Positions 12,137-22,805 of a DNA stretch of 64,000 nt are shown here, piece by piece. The notes under the pieces are model-generated. The model worked only from the letters and a program-made list of their open reading frames with translations. It was not told the origin of the DNA and ran no database searches. The DNA lies in assembly GCF_011386835.1 (NCBI RefSeq), contig NC_088791.1, positions 4,278,001 through 4,342,000 of the forward strand. The letters run 5' to 3'. Positions within the stretch are counted from its first letter, which is position 1. Each line of letters starts with the position of its first letter. A program made the position numbers and the translations under genes. The DNA is from Chrysemys picta bellii (taxonomy: Eukaryota).

Positions 12137-13405
12137 ATGGAGCCCGCTCAGATCACCGCGGCAATTATGAGCACTATGAACACCACGCGCATTGTCCTGG
12201 AGTATATGCAGAGCCAGAACATGCCAAGGCGAAACCCGGACCAGCCGAGGAGGCGATTACAGCGCGGCGAAGAGAGTGATGAGGAAATTGACATGGACAT
12301 AGACCTCTCACAAGGCACAGGCCCCAGCAATGTGGAAATCATGGTGTCACTGGGGCAGGTTCATGGCGTGGAACGCCGATTCTGGGCCCGGGAAACAAGC
12401 ACAGACTGGTGGGACCGCATCGTGCTGCAGGTGTGGGACGATTCCCAGTGGCTGCGAAACTTTCGCATGCGTAAGGGCACTTTCATGGAACTTTGTGACT
12501 TGCTTTCCCCTGCCCTGAAGCGCCAGAATACCAGGATGAGAGCAGCCCTCACAGTTGAGAAGCGAGTGGCGATAGCCCTGTGGAAGCTTTCAACGCCAGA
12601 CAGCTACCGGTCAGTCGGGAATCAATTTGGAGTGGGCAAATCTACTGTGGGGGCTGCTGTGATCCAAGTTGCCAGGGCAATGAAAGACCTGATGATATCA
12701 AGGGTAGTGACTCTGGGCAACGTGCAGGCAATAGTGGATGGTTTTGCTGAGATGGGATTCCCAAACTGTGGTGGGGCCATAGACGGAACCCATATCCCTA
12801 TCTTGGCACCGGAGCACCAAGCCACCGAGTACATAAACCGCAAGGTGTACTTTTCAATGCTGCTGCAAGCCCTGGTGGATCACAAGGGATGTTTCACCAA
12901 CATCAACGTGGGATGGCCAGGAAAGGTACATGATGCTCGCGTCTTCAGGCACTCTGGTCTGTTTCGAAAGCTGGAGGAAGGAACTTTCTTCCCGGACCAG
13001 AAAGTAACCGTTGGGGATGTTGAAATGCCTATCGTGATCCTTGGGGACCCAGCCTACCCCTTAATGCCATGGCTCATGAAGCCGTACACAGGCAGCCTGG
13101 ACAGGAGTCAGGACCTGTTCAACTATAGGCTGAGCAAGTGCCGAATGGTGGTGGAATGTGCATTTGGACGTTTAAAAGCGCACTGGCGCTTCTTACTGAC
13201 TCGCTCAGACCTCAGCGAAAAGAATATCCCCATTGTTATTGCTGCTTGCTGTGCGCTCCACAATATTTGTGAGAGTAAGGGGGAGACATTTATGGCGGGG
13301 TGGGAGGTTGAGGCAACTCGCCTGGCCGCTGATTACGCGCAGCCAGACACCAGGGTGGTTAGAGGAGCACGGCAGGGCGCGGTGCGCATCAGAGAAGTTT
13401 TGTGA
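12137..13405 (+). CDS. Harbinger DDE transposase (HARBI1/ALP1-like family), 422 aa, copy 1
   Basis: Motifs GAIDGTHIPI, ILGDPAYPL, RMVVECAFGRLK; ATG 12137 follows an acceptor-like TTTTTTTCAG; AATAAA at 13548-13553. Confidence 0.85.
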   Translation: MEPAQITAAIMSTMNTTRIVLEYMQSQNMPRRNPDQPRRRLQRGEESDEEIDMDIDLSQGTGPSNVEIMVSLGQVHGVERRFWARETSTDWWDRIVLQVWDDSQWLRNFRMRKGTFMELCDLLSPALKRQNTRMRAALTVEKRVAIALWKLSTPDSYRSVGNQFGVGKSTVGAAVIQVARAMKDLMISRVVTLGNVQAIVDGFAEMGFPNCGGAIDGTHIPILAPEHQATEYINRKVYFSMLLQALVDHKGCFTNINVGWPGKVHDARVFRHSGLFRKLEEGTFFPDQKVTVGDVEMPIVILGDPAYPLMPWLMKPYTGSLDRSQDLFNYRLSKCRMVVECAFGRLKAHWRFLLTRSDLSEKNIPIVIAACCALHNICESKGETFMAGWEVEATRLAADYAQPDTRVVRGARQGAVRIREVL

Positions 13406-13679
13406 CTGGCCAGGCTACGGTGTGAAACTTCTGTTTGTTTCTCCTTGATGAACCCTCCGCCCCCCCCCCCACCCGGTTCACTCTACTTCCCTGTAAATCA
13501 ACCACCTCCACCCTCCCCTCCCCACTTCGAGCACCACTTGCAGAGGCAATAAAGTCATTGTTATTTCACATTCATGCATTCTTTATTAATTCCTCACACA
13601 AGTAGGGGGATAATTGCCAAGGTAGCCTGGGATGGGTGGGGGAGGAGGGATGGAAAAGGACACACTGCATTTTAAAACT

Positions 13680-15593
13680 TTAACTCTTATTGAAGGCCAG
13701 CCTTCTGATACTTAGGCAATCGTCTGGGGTGGAGTGACTGCGTGGCTGGAGGCCCCCCCACAGTGTTCTTGGGCGTCTGGGTGAGGAGGCTATGGAACTT
13801 GGGGAGGAGGGCTGTTGGTTACACAGGGGCTGTAGCGGTGGTCTCTGCTCCTGCTGCCTTTCCTGCAGCTCAACCATACGCTCGAGCATATCAGTTTGAT
13901 GCTCCAGCAGACGGAGCATTGACTCTTGCCGTCTGTCTGCAAGCTGACGCCACCTATCATCTTCAGCCCGCCACTTGCTCTTTTCATCCCGCCATTCATC
14001 CCACCAGCTCTCCTCTCGTTCATATTGTGCTTTTCTCATGTCTGAGATTGACTGCCTCCACGCATTCTGCTGTGCTCTATCAGCGTGGGAGGACATCTGG
14101 AGCTCCGTGAACATATCGTCCCGCGTCCTCCGTTTTCTCTTTCTAATGTTCACTAGCCTCTGCGAAGGAGAAACATTTGCAGCTGGTGGAGGAGAAGGGA
14201 GAGGTGGTTAAAAAAGACACATTTTAGAGAACAATGGGTACACTCTTTCGTTACAAGGCCTCATTTTTCCTCTGCCTGCCGGTTTGGTATGAGAGATCAC
14301 TCACGCAGTGCCAGGCAACAGATTTCGGCTTGCAGCCAGCCATGGTAATCCACAGTCTTTTGGCTTTTTTAACCTTCTTAACATGTGGGAATGGTTTCAA
14401 ACAGCAGCACATTTCCCATATCAAGGATGAATTGGGTTGGCCATTTAAAATGGGTTTTCAATGTAAAAGGAGGGGCTGCGGTTTCAGGGTTAACATGCAG
14501 CACAAACCCAAGTAAACCACCCCCCCCACACACCCGATTCTCTGGGATGATCACTTCATCCCTCCCCACACCGCGTGGTTAACAGCGGGGAACATTTCTG
14601 TTCAGAAGAGCAGGAACGGGCACCTCTGAACGTCCCCTTAATAAAATCATCCTATTTCAACTAGGTGACCGTGAATGATATCACTCTCCTGAGGATAACA
14701 AAGAGAGATAAGGAATGGATGTTGTCTGCATGCCAGCAAACACCGGGACCATACGCTGCCATGCTTTGTTATGCAATGATTCCAGACTACGTGCTACTGG
14801 CCTGGCGTGATAAAGTGTCCTACCATGGCGGACTGGATAAGGCAGCCCTCCCCAGAAACCTTTTGCAAAGGCTTTGGGAGTACATGAAGGAGAGCTTTCT
14901 GGAGATGTCCCTGGAGGATTTCCGCTCCATCCCCATACACGTTAACAGACGTTTCCAGTAGCTGTACTGGCCGCGATTGCCAGGGCAAATTAATCATTAA
15001 TCATTAAACACGCTTGCTTTTAAACCATGTGTAATATTTACAAAGCTACACTCACCAGAGGTCTCCTGTGTGCCCTCAGGGTCTTGGGTGAGTTCGGGGG
15101 TTACTGGTTCCAGGTCCAGGGTGACAAACATATCCTGGTTGTTGGGGAAACCGGTTTCTCCGCTTCCTTGCTGCTGTGAGCTACCTACATTACCTCCATC
15201 CTCATCTTCCTCGTTCCCCGAACCCTCTTCCCTGTGTGTTTCTCCATTGACGGAGTCATAGCACACGGTTGGGGTAGTGGTGGCTGCACCCCCTAGAATG
15301 GCATGCAGCTCCGCGTAGAAGCGGCAAGTTTGCGGCTCTGCCCCGGACCTTCCATTTGCTTCTCTGGCTTTGTGGTAGGCTTGCCGTAGCTCCTTAATTT
15401 TCACGTGGCACTGCTGTGCATCCCTGTTATGGCCTCTGTCCTTCATGGCCTTGGAGACCTTTTCTAATACTTTGCCATTTCTTTTACTGCTACGGAGTTC
15501 AGCTAGCACTGATTCATCTCCCCATATGGCGAGCAGATCCCGTACCTCCCGTTCGGTCCATGTTGGAGCTCTTTTGCGATCCTGGGACTCCAC
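13680..15593 (-). CDS. Harbinger Myb/SANT-like DNA-binding protein, copy 1; two exons (15593-15056, 14182-13680); start codon mutated to GTG
   Basis: RKRAPTWTEREVRDLLAIWG...CHVKIKELRQAY trihelix/Myb-SANT motif; donor G|GTGAGT at 15056/15055 and acceptor CCAG|C at 14183/14182 join in phase 1; AATAAA (-) at 13587-13582. Confidence 0.75.
14342..14961 (+). CDS. Candidate third Harbinger gene nested antisense in the Myb intron (ATG|intron 14345-14664|exon 14665-14961; ~99 aa)
   Basis: 98-codon stop-free frame preceded directly by TTTCAACTAG and followed by ATTAAA (15003-15008); upstream GCCATG|GTAATC gives an in-frame start and donor. Product unknown. Confidence 0.4.
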
Positions 15594-16629
15594 CACAGTT
15601 ACCTGTGCTGATCAGCTCTGCGTGGTCACCTGTGCTCTCCACGCTGAGCAAACAGGAAATGAAATTCAAACGTTCGCGGGTCTTTTCCTGTCTACCTGGT
15701 CAGTGCATCTGAGTTGAGAGTGCTGTCCAGAGCGGTCACAATGAAGCACTGTGGGATAGCTCCCGGAGGCCAATAACGTCCAATTCCGTCCACACTACCC
15801 CAATTCCGACCCGCAAAGGCCGATTTTATCGCTAATCCCCTCGTCGAAGGTGGTGTAAAGAAACTAGTTTAAAGGGCCCCTTAAGTCGAAAGAAAGGGCT
15901 TCGTCGTGTGAACGTGTCCAGGCTTAATTCGATTTAATGCTGCTAAAGTCGACCTAAACCCGTAGTGTAGACCAGGCCTCAGACTGGGCTTATTCAGCCG
16001 GCTCCAATTCCCCTTTGCTGACTGGAGCTGGCATGACAGAGGCCTGGCTCACAGTGAGTTTTGAGTACTCAGTTCTTTAGAAAAAAGGGGCCTGTAGCCT
16101 CCCATTGAAGCAAACCAGAGCTGTTCATGCTCAAAGTTTTTTGATAATAGGCCTCAAGTTTTCCTGAGCTGTGCATCACATTAGGGGGATCGAAACCTGG
16201 AGGACACTTTTGGCCAAGAGATATGGAAGCCGTTGGTGATATGAAGAGATAATGAATGGAAGAGCAATTAAACCAGAAGACCAAGAGTATGAGGTAGTAC
16301 ATATTTGAATGTGAAATAAAGTGGAGTCAAAAATTGCCGAATAATAAAAGAAAAAGAAAAAGGAAAAAGAAGCAGAGTAGCAAGACTACATCTCCCTGGT
16401 TTCATGAAGGGCTGTGTCCTATCCCCAGCTCCAGAGTGGTGTATTTCTCACACAGTTCTCTTACTTCTTTATAGCAGTTGCAGAGTTTGAGAATCAAGTC
16501 TGTCTGCCACCATTGTTAATTACCCTCTGGTCAGACCCTGGCTGTGCTGCAGGGATGCTGCGGGTCGGACACGTGCGCTGGCGGTTCCCACACGCCCTCA
16601 GGCTCTAGGTGGCAGGACCCTTCTTCCCA

Positions 16630-17047
16630 GCATCACGCCCCCGTCAGGGTTCTGATCCCTGTCTTGGCTGGTGGCATCTGCCCAGGGTCCCCCCCACTCT
16701 CCCCAGCTGCTCACCGCACCCGGCTCCGGACGGCTCCATCCCCAGCCCCAGCCCCAGCCCCACTCTGCCTCAGCTCGCCTGCGGCTCTGCTCAGCTCAGC
16801 TCTGCCTGCTGCTCTCGCAGCTGCAGCTCACACAGTGAAATGGGACCCCGGACTCCTGACTCCCTCATTAGCTTGCCGTGCTGTCAATCAGGCTGACCTG
16901 CAGGGTTGGCCTCGCCCCATTGCCCCTGAGGACTGTCAGTTTTAGGATCCTGATTCCCCATTGGCCCTTCCCCTTTCTTTTGGTACTGGGAGAGGGCCAT
17001 GAATAAAACCCACCAAGTTTTCGTAAGGGGCCAACATTCCCCTGACA
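16630..17047. mobile_element. Probable LTR fragment with (CCCCAG)n tract; copies ~33204-33657 and ~48772-49201
   Basis: Ends ...GGGGCCAACATTCCCCTGACA (CA terminus); resembles a common turtle LTR from recall; other end not found. Confidence 0.4.
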
Positions 17048-18951
17048 TCTACTGACAGACACACAAGTTCAGTCCAGCATGACAAGGCGGTGCTTTGGTT
17101 TGTAAACCTCAGAGAGTCACCAGCACTTGGTGATGAACAAACAAAACTGGGGTTTTTTAATCAAAACAAACCACAAACCCCCATCTCCTCCCCTCGTGCA
17201 AATCTGCGGTGTTCCACTGACCTCAATGGAGCTATATTAACTTACACCAGACGAGGATCTGCACCTGGAATTACTTCTTCCTATGAGAAGGTAGCAGTTG
17301 CCAGGCTGCAGGAGACGAGTGGCCCATCTAATGCAGTATCCTGTCTCAATGAGTGTGAGTCACCACGTGCTTCACAGGAAACCAGAACAACAATAAATTA
17401 ACCTTTATAGAGGAAACTTGGGGAGTTTCTTCATAAATCCTAAGTTAAAAATTGGGGGTGAGATTTTTCAGTGCTCCCTACGGGATATGAATGCTCAAGT
17501 TCCAACTAAAATTAATAGGCTCTAATGTCCCTAATGCATGTCTTGCTCTGAAAATCCAGGGATTAACTTCTAAACAATGAAGAAACCAAGGCCTGGATCT
17601 CGATACGAGAAAAAAATTGAAAAACCCCCAAACCCTTTCCACTCTTTAGAATCACAGAGTGTCTGTGCAATATTCAGTCCTAAATTAGTGCAGTTCAGCA
17701 GCAGTGATGAGCCTGGGGTGATAATCACTACGATTGGTTTTATTGCTGACTCTGCCACTTGCTCCCTGTGTAACCTTCACCTCAAAGTGCTTGTTCACCT
17801 CCACATAAGCCAGATCTCATAGTGATATTATGCTCGATGATCAGAGGCTTCTGCAAATCCAAGGACTTCAAAGCACTGCAGCCTCAGTAAAGTTGTGTGT
17901 GTGCACAGGGTTCTATTATTTTAATAGCAGAATTTTTCTCTGGGATTAGCTGCTCCCAAATTAAGGATTAGGATTCAAGGGTTCTCACAACAATTTTTTT
18001 GGTGGCCTTCACCGAGATCCTGTCCTGGGGATGGTGGACTGGGAACTCACCGGGTGCCTGCAGAGTCCCAGGCTCCCCGTGTCCCATCCAGGAGGGAGCA
18101 CGGGAGCGGCCCAACAACCAAATGATGCACCCATGTCCACTGACAAGATCTGCATCACGTGCTGTGCCCATTGTCCCCACATATCTCCAGAGGTGCTGCC
18201 CGGAGCCCCCAAGGAGGCTGTGAGGTGCAGGACCCCGACCCCTGCTGGCAATTCCACTATAAACACCAATGCGGCGCATCTTTCGTAAGAGCTACTCAGC
18301 AGGAACAGTTGGGCGCTGCCAGAAGGGGCTGCTGCTTTGCGCCCCCACAATCCCGCCCATGCTCTTGAGACTGACGTAGCTGCAAAAAACTCCACTGGTG
18401 GCCTCCTTTGAGAAACGCTGGATTAAACAAATCCATGTTAAGGTTTCTGAGGTTATGCCAATAGTCAGTGGACGATTCCTAGCCTCCGAATTTGGGGCTG
18501 TTTGATTTTCATTCAGGAAAGCTTTGCATTTCCCTTTCTTAGTAAACATTCCTTTACAGAGCTCAAGAGGCAGATACTGAGCCACTGGACATCAGTACAG
18601 CTCCACAGACTGCAATGACGTTCTGGGCTTACAAATGAGGGAAGCATTTAGTGCTGCTCGGGTTAGAAGAAATCCTGGTGGGGCTGTATTTTCATTCTAA
18701 TTGTGGCTGAAAAGCGTGGTGTGGGAGACGGGTCTTGCAGAATGCACTAGGTTGGTCAAACTTCCAATGAATCCAGTCTCATCCCACAGCTCTCTGATGG
18801 TTGAAGAAGGTATCCTTAACTGTCAGCGTTGTGCTTCTTCCTTTTCTTCATTAGCTGAAGTCTCTCACAAGACACAGTTCTCTTGGCTGCTCATGGGTGG
18901 AGATGCAGTACCTGATGTTTCCCATTGGTTTCCCTATACGCTGGCTTTGAG

Positions 18952-19477
18952 CACGGGTGGCGGGTTGCATAGGCAGGGGGAGGTTTTGCCTCCCCAAACA
19001 GACAAGGGTGACCCCGCCCTCTTCTGCGACACTCCCTACGTACAATTGCTGCTCCAGTCCTCCCAGCTCCAAGTCCAGCCCCCCAGTGCTCTGGAGTTGA
19101 AGCCGCTCCCCACCCACCTTCCTGCACTGGGCTGGGGAGGCTGGGGCCGCTCCCCACCCACCCTTCCGCACTCAAGGGCTGGGGCAGCTCGCCGCATGGC
19201 CTCCCGCTCTCCGTGGCTGGGACAGTGCGCTGCCCACCTTTCCCTCCCTTGGCTGGGGAGGCAGAGGCTGCGCACCTCCGCCCTCCCGCCACTCCTTTGG
19301 GTCTGGGGGCCTAGCCGCGGAACTGGGTCAATGGCCACAGTGGTGGGGGGCAGCTCTCAGCTTGGGGAGGTGGGAATTGGCTCCTGCAGGGCCTCGGGCG
19401 GAAGTGGAGGGCCCTTGGTGGAAGGGGGCGGGTCAAAGGGTAGCCTCTCCCAGTGAGAGGTTCACACATCCCTCCTG
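18952..19477. mobile_element. GC-rich hAT-like MITE copy
   Basis: Paralogue of 3438-3965. Confidence 0.55.
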
Positions 19478-20095
19478 GCTGTGAGCACCAGGGGGTGGAG
19501 GTGCCCAGTATGGATAGAGAGACGAACTCCCAATAGAGAGATGCACTGCCAAGAAGGTTTCTCTAACCCGGGCTAGCTAAAGTGGTTTCCTTCAATTGGA
19601 AGTTCATGGAACTGTTCCGTTTTACACTGGTTCAGTGTCTACCCTTACACTTCAAAATACATATAATAGGGAGATGAAAGGTATATGGAATGAAAACCAA
19701 AGAGCCCCAATGTCAAAGGCTAGGACTCACAAACTGAGCACTGGAATGACATCTGTGACCTTGACATGCATTTTTAAAGTAAATCTAATCTTCCGTGTTG
19801 GAACATCTAATCCCAGTAATAGGTTATTACTACTTTAGTAATTCATCTCTTGGGCTGCATAACACTTGATGAGTGTTTGTGAAGTGCTTTGAAATGCTTA
19901 GATCGGAGGATGCCTCAGACAATCCACCCTGAAAGTTACAATTATACCTGTTTGCCACAGAGGTAAATTGAGGCACATTCAGGTGAGGGTCAGACAGGGA
20001 GCGACTGGCAGAGTCAGAAATGTCCCCCAATTTAATATTTAAAAAGCTACTGCAACCTTGGAAAATTGACAGACTTGTAATTCCTTTGGAGAACT

Positions 20096-20308
20096 GTATC
20101 AGAGGGGTAGCCGTGTTAGTCTGAATCTGTAAAAAGCAACAGAGGGTCCTGTGGCACCTCTGAGACTAACAGAAGTACTGGGAGCATAAGCTTTCGTGGG
20201 TGAGAACCTCACTTCTTGCATCTGAAGAAGTGAGGTTCTGACCCACGAAAGCTTATGCTCCCAGTACTTCTGTTAGTCTCAAAGGTGCCACAGGACCCTC
20301 TGTTGCTT
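20096..20308. mobile_element. Penelope pLTR inverted-repeat (hairpin) insertion, copy 1
   Basis: ~87-bp arms (20131-20217 / 20225-20311, 2 mismatches); 11-bp TSD TTTGGAGAACT (20085-20095, 20309-20319); empty sites in other module copies. Confidence 0.85.
20218..20258 (+). ncRNA. Minimal type I hammerhead ribozyme motif (Penelope-associated)
   Basis: GCAT-CTGAAGA-[stem II GTGAGG...CCCAC]-GAAA-GCTT-ATGC: CUGAnGA/GAAA core, stem I GCAU/AUGC, short palindromic stem III. Confidence 0.7.
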
Positions 20309-20405
20309 TTTGGAGAACTATTATCCTCAAAGAAATGCAGTTGCCCTGTACAATTTTAAGATAAAGACAGCTGAAAATTGCAAAGTGCATGTCACACGTT
20401 GGAAC

Positions 20406-22805
20406 TAAGAACATAAGAACGTAAGAATGGCCGTACCGGGTCAGACCAAAGATCCATCTCACCCAGTATACTGTCTACCGACAATGGCCAATGTCAGGTG
20501 CACCAGAGGGAGTGTACCAACAGGCAATGATCAAGTGATCTCTCTCCTGCCATCCAGCTCCATCCTCTGACAAACAGAGGCTAGAGACACCATTCCTTAC
20601 CCATCCTGGCTAATAGTCATTAATGGACTTAACCACCATGAATTTATCCACTTCTCTTTTAAACGCTGTTATAGTCCTAGTCTTCACAAACTCCTCAGGT
20701 AAGGAGTTCCACAAGTTGACTGTGCGCTGCATGAAGAAGAACTTCCTTTTATTTTTTTTAAACCTGCTGCCTATTAATTTAATTTGGTGACCCCTAGTTC
20801 TTGTATTATGGGAATAAGTAAATAATTTTTCCGTATGCACTTTCTCCACATCACTCATGATTTTATATACCTTGATCATATCCCCCCTTAGTCTCCCCTT
20901 TTCCAATCTGAAAAGTCCTAGCCTCTTTAATCTCTCCTCTTATGGGACCCTGTCCAAACCCCTAATCATTTTAGTTGCCCTTCTCTGAACCTTTTCTAAT
21001 GCCAGTATATCATTTTTGAGATGAGGAGACCACGTCTGTACACAGTATTCGAGATGTGGGCGTACCATCGATTTATATAAGGGCAATAATATATTCTCAG
21101 TCTTATTCTCTATCCCCTTTTTAATGATCCCTAACATCCTGTTTGCTTTTTTGACCGCCTCTGCACACTGCGCGGACGTCTTCAGAGAACTATCCACGAT
21201 GACTCCAAGATCTTTTTCCTGACTTGTTGTAGCTAAATTAGCCCTCTCCATTCTGAGAATTTACCATTTATTCCTACCCTTTGTTCCCGGTCTTTTAACC
21301 AGTTCTCAGTCCATGAAAGGACCTTCCCTTTTATCCCATGACAACTTAACTTACGTAAGAGCCTTTGGTGAGGGACCTTGTTAAAGGCTTTCTGGAAATC
21401 TAAGTACACTATGTCCACTGGATCCCCCTTGTCCACATGTTTGTTGGCCCCTTCAAAGAACTCTAATAGATTAGTAAGACATGATTTCCCTTTAGAGAAA
21501 CCATGTTGACTTTTGCCGAACAATTTATGCTCTTCTATGTGTCTGACAATTTTATTCTTTACTATTGTTTCGACTAATTTGCCCGGTACCGACGTTAGAC
21601 TTACCGGTCTGTAATTGCCGGGATCACCTCTAGAGCCCTTTTTAAATATTGGCATTACATTAGCTATCTTCCAGTCGTTGGGTACAGAAGCCGATTTAAA
21701 GGACAGGTTACAAACCCTAGTTAATAGTTCTGCAATTTCACGTTTGAGTTCTTTCAGAACTCTTGGGTGAATGCCATCTGGTCCCGGTGACTTGTTACTG
21801 TTAAGTTTATCAATTAATTCCAAAACCTCCTCTAGTGACACTTCAATCTGTGACAGTTCCTCAGATTTGTCACCTACAAAAGCCGGATCAGGTTTGGGAA
21901 TCTCCCTAACATCCTCAGCCGTGAAGACTGAAGCGAAGAATTCGTTTAGTTTCTCCGCAATGACTTTATCGTCTTTAAGTGCTCCTTTTCTATCTCTATC
22001 ATCGAGGGGCCCCACTGGTTGTTTAGCAGGCTTCCTGCTTCTGATGTACTTAAAAACCATTTTGTTATTACCTTCGGAGTTTTGGGCTATCCATTTTTCA
22101 AACTCCTCTTTGGCTTTTCTTATTACATTCTTGTACTTAATTTGGCAGTGTTTATGCTCCTTTCTATTTACCTCGCTAGGATTTGACTTCCACTTTTTAA
22201 AGGAAGTCATTTTATCTCTCACTGCTTCTTTTACATGGTTGTTAAGCCACGGTGGCTCTCTTTTAGTTCTTTTACTGTGTTTCTTAATTTGGGGTATACA
22301 TTGAAGTTGGGCCTCTATTATGGTGTCTTTAAAAAGCGCCCATGCAGCTTGCAGGGATTTCACTCTAGTCACTGTACCTTTTAACTTCTGGTTAACTAAC
22401 CCCCTCATTTTTGCATTGTTCCCCCTTTTGAAATTAAATGCCACAGTATTGGGCTGTTGAGATGTTCTTCCCACCACAGGGATGTTGAACGCTATTGTAT
22501 TATGGTCACTGTTTCCAAGCGGTTCTGCTATTATTACCTCTTGGACCAGCTTCTGCGCTCCACTCAGGACTAAATCTAGAGTTGTCTCTCCCCTTGTGGG
22601 TTCCCGTACCAGCTGCTCCAAGAAGCAGTCATTTAAAGTATTGAGAAATTTTGTCTCTGCATTTCGTCCTGAGGTGACATGTTCCCAGTCCATATGGGGA
22701 TAATTGAAATCCCCCACTATTATTGACTTCTTAATTTTGATAGCCTCTCTAATTTCCCTTAGCATTTCATCATCACTATCACTGTCCTGGTCAGGTGGTC
22801 GATAA
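20406..22805 (-). mobile_element. CR1 LINE, 5'-truncated ORF2 with internal deletion, copy 1
   Basis: YRPPDQ...GDFNYPH (endonuclease), PGPDGIHPRVLKEL, GNYRPVSLTSV, YLDFQKAF (RT), C-terminal LWNSLPEE; (TTCTTATG)n-like 3' tail at ~20406-20428; deletion at ~21243 removes the FADD-containing RT segment. Confidence 0.92.

Larger units (their letters stand above)
11062..15978 (+). mobile_element. Full-length PIF/Harbinger DNA transposon, copy 1 (4917 bp)
   Basis: Imperfect 18-bp TIRs GGGTATGTCTACACTACG / CGTAGTGTAGACCAGGCC; 3-bp TSD TCA (11059-11061, 15979-15981); convergent transposase and Myb/SANT genes. Confidence 0.93.
10775..16038 (-). mobile_element. Solo LTR (~345 bp) interrupted by Harbinger copy 1
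   Basis: With the Harbinger removed, the minus strand reads TGTCATG...AATAAA (10851-10846)...CCTTGTTACA, i.e. TG...CA termini with a poly(A) signal before a short U5. No clean TSD found. Confidence 0.6.

Noticed and set aside
13629-13649. Canonical G-quadruplex motif in the Harbinger intergenic region
   Set aside because: Such motifs are common in these G-rich repeats and nothing here indicates function.
16063-16072. TGAGTACTCA palindrome between oppositely oriented flank copies as a fold-back centre
   Set aside because: Symmetry does not extend past 10 bp, so it may be chance.
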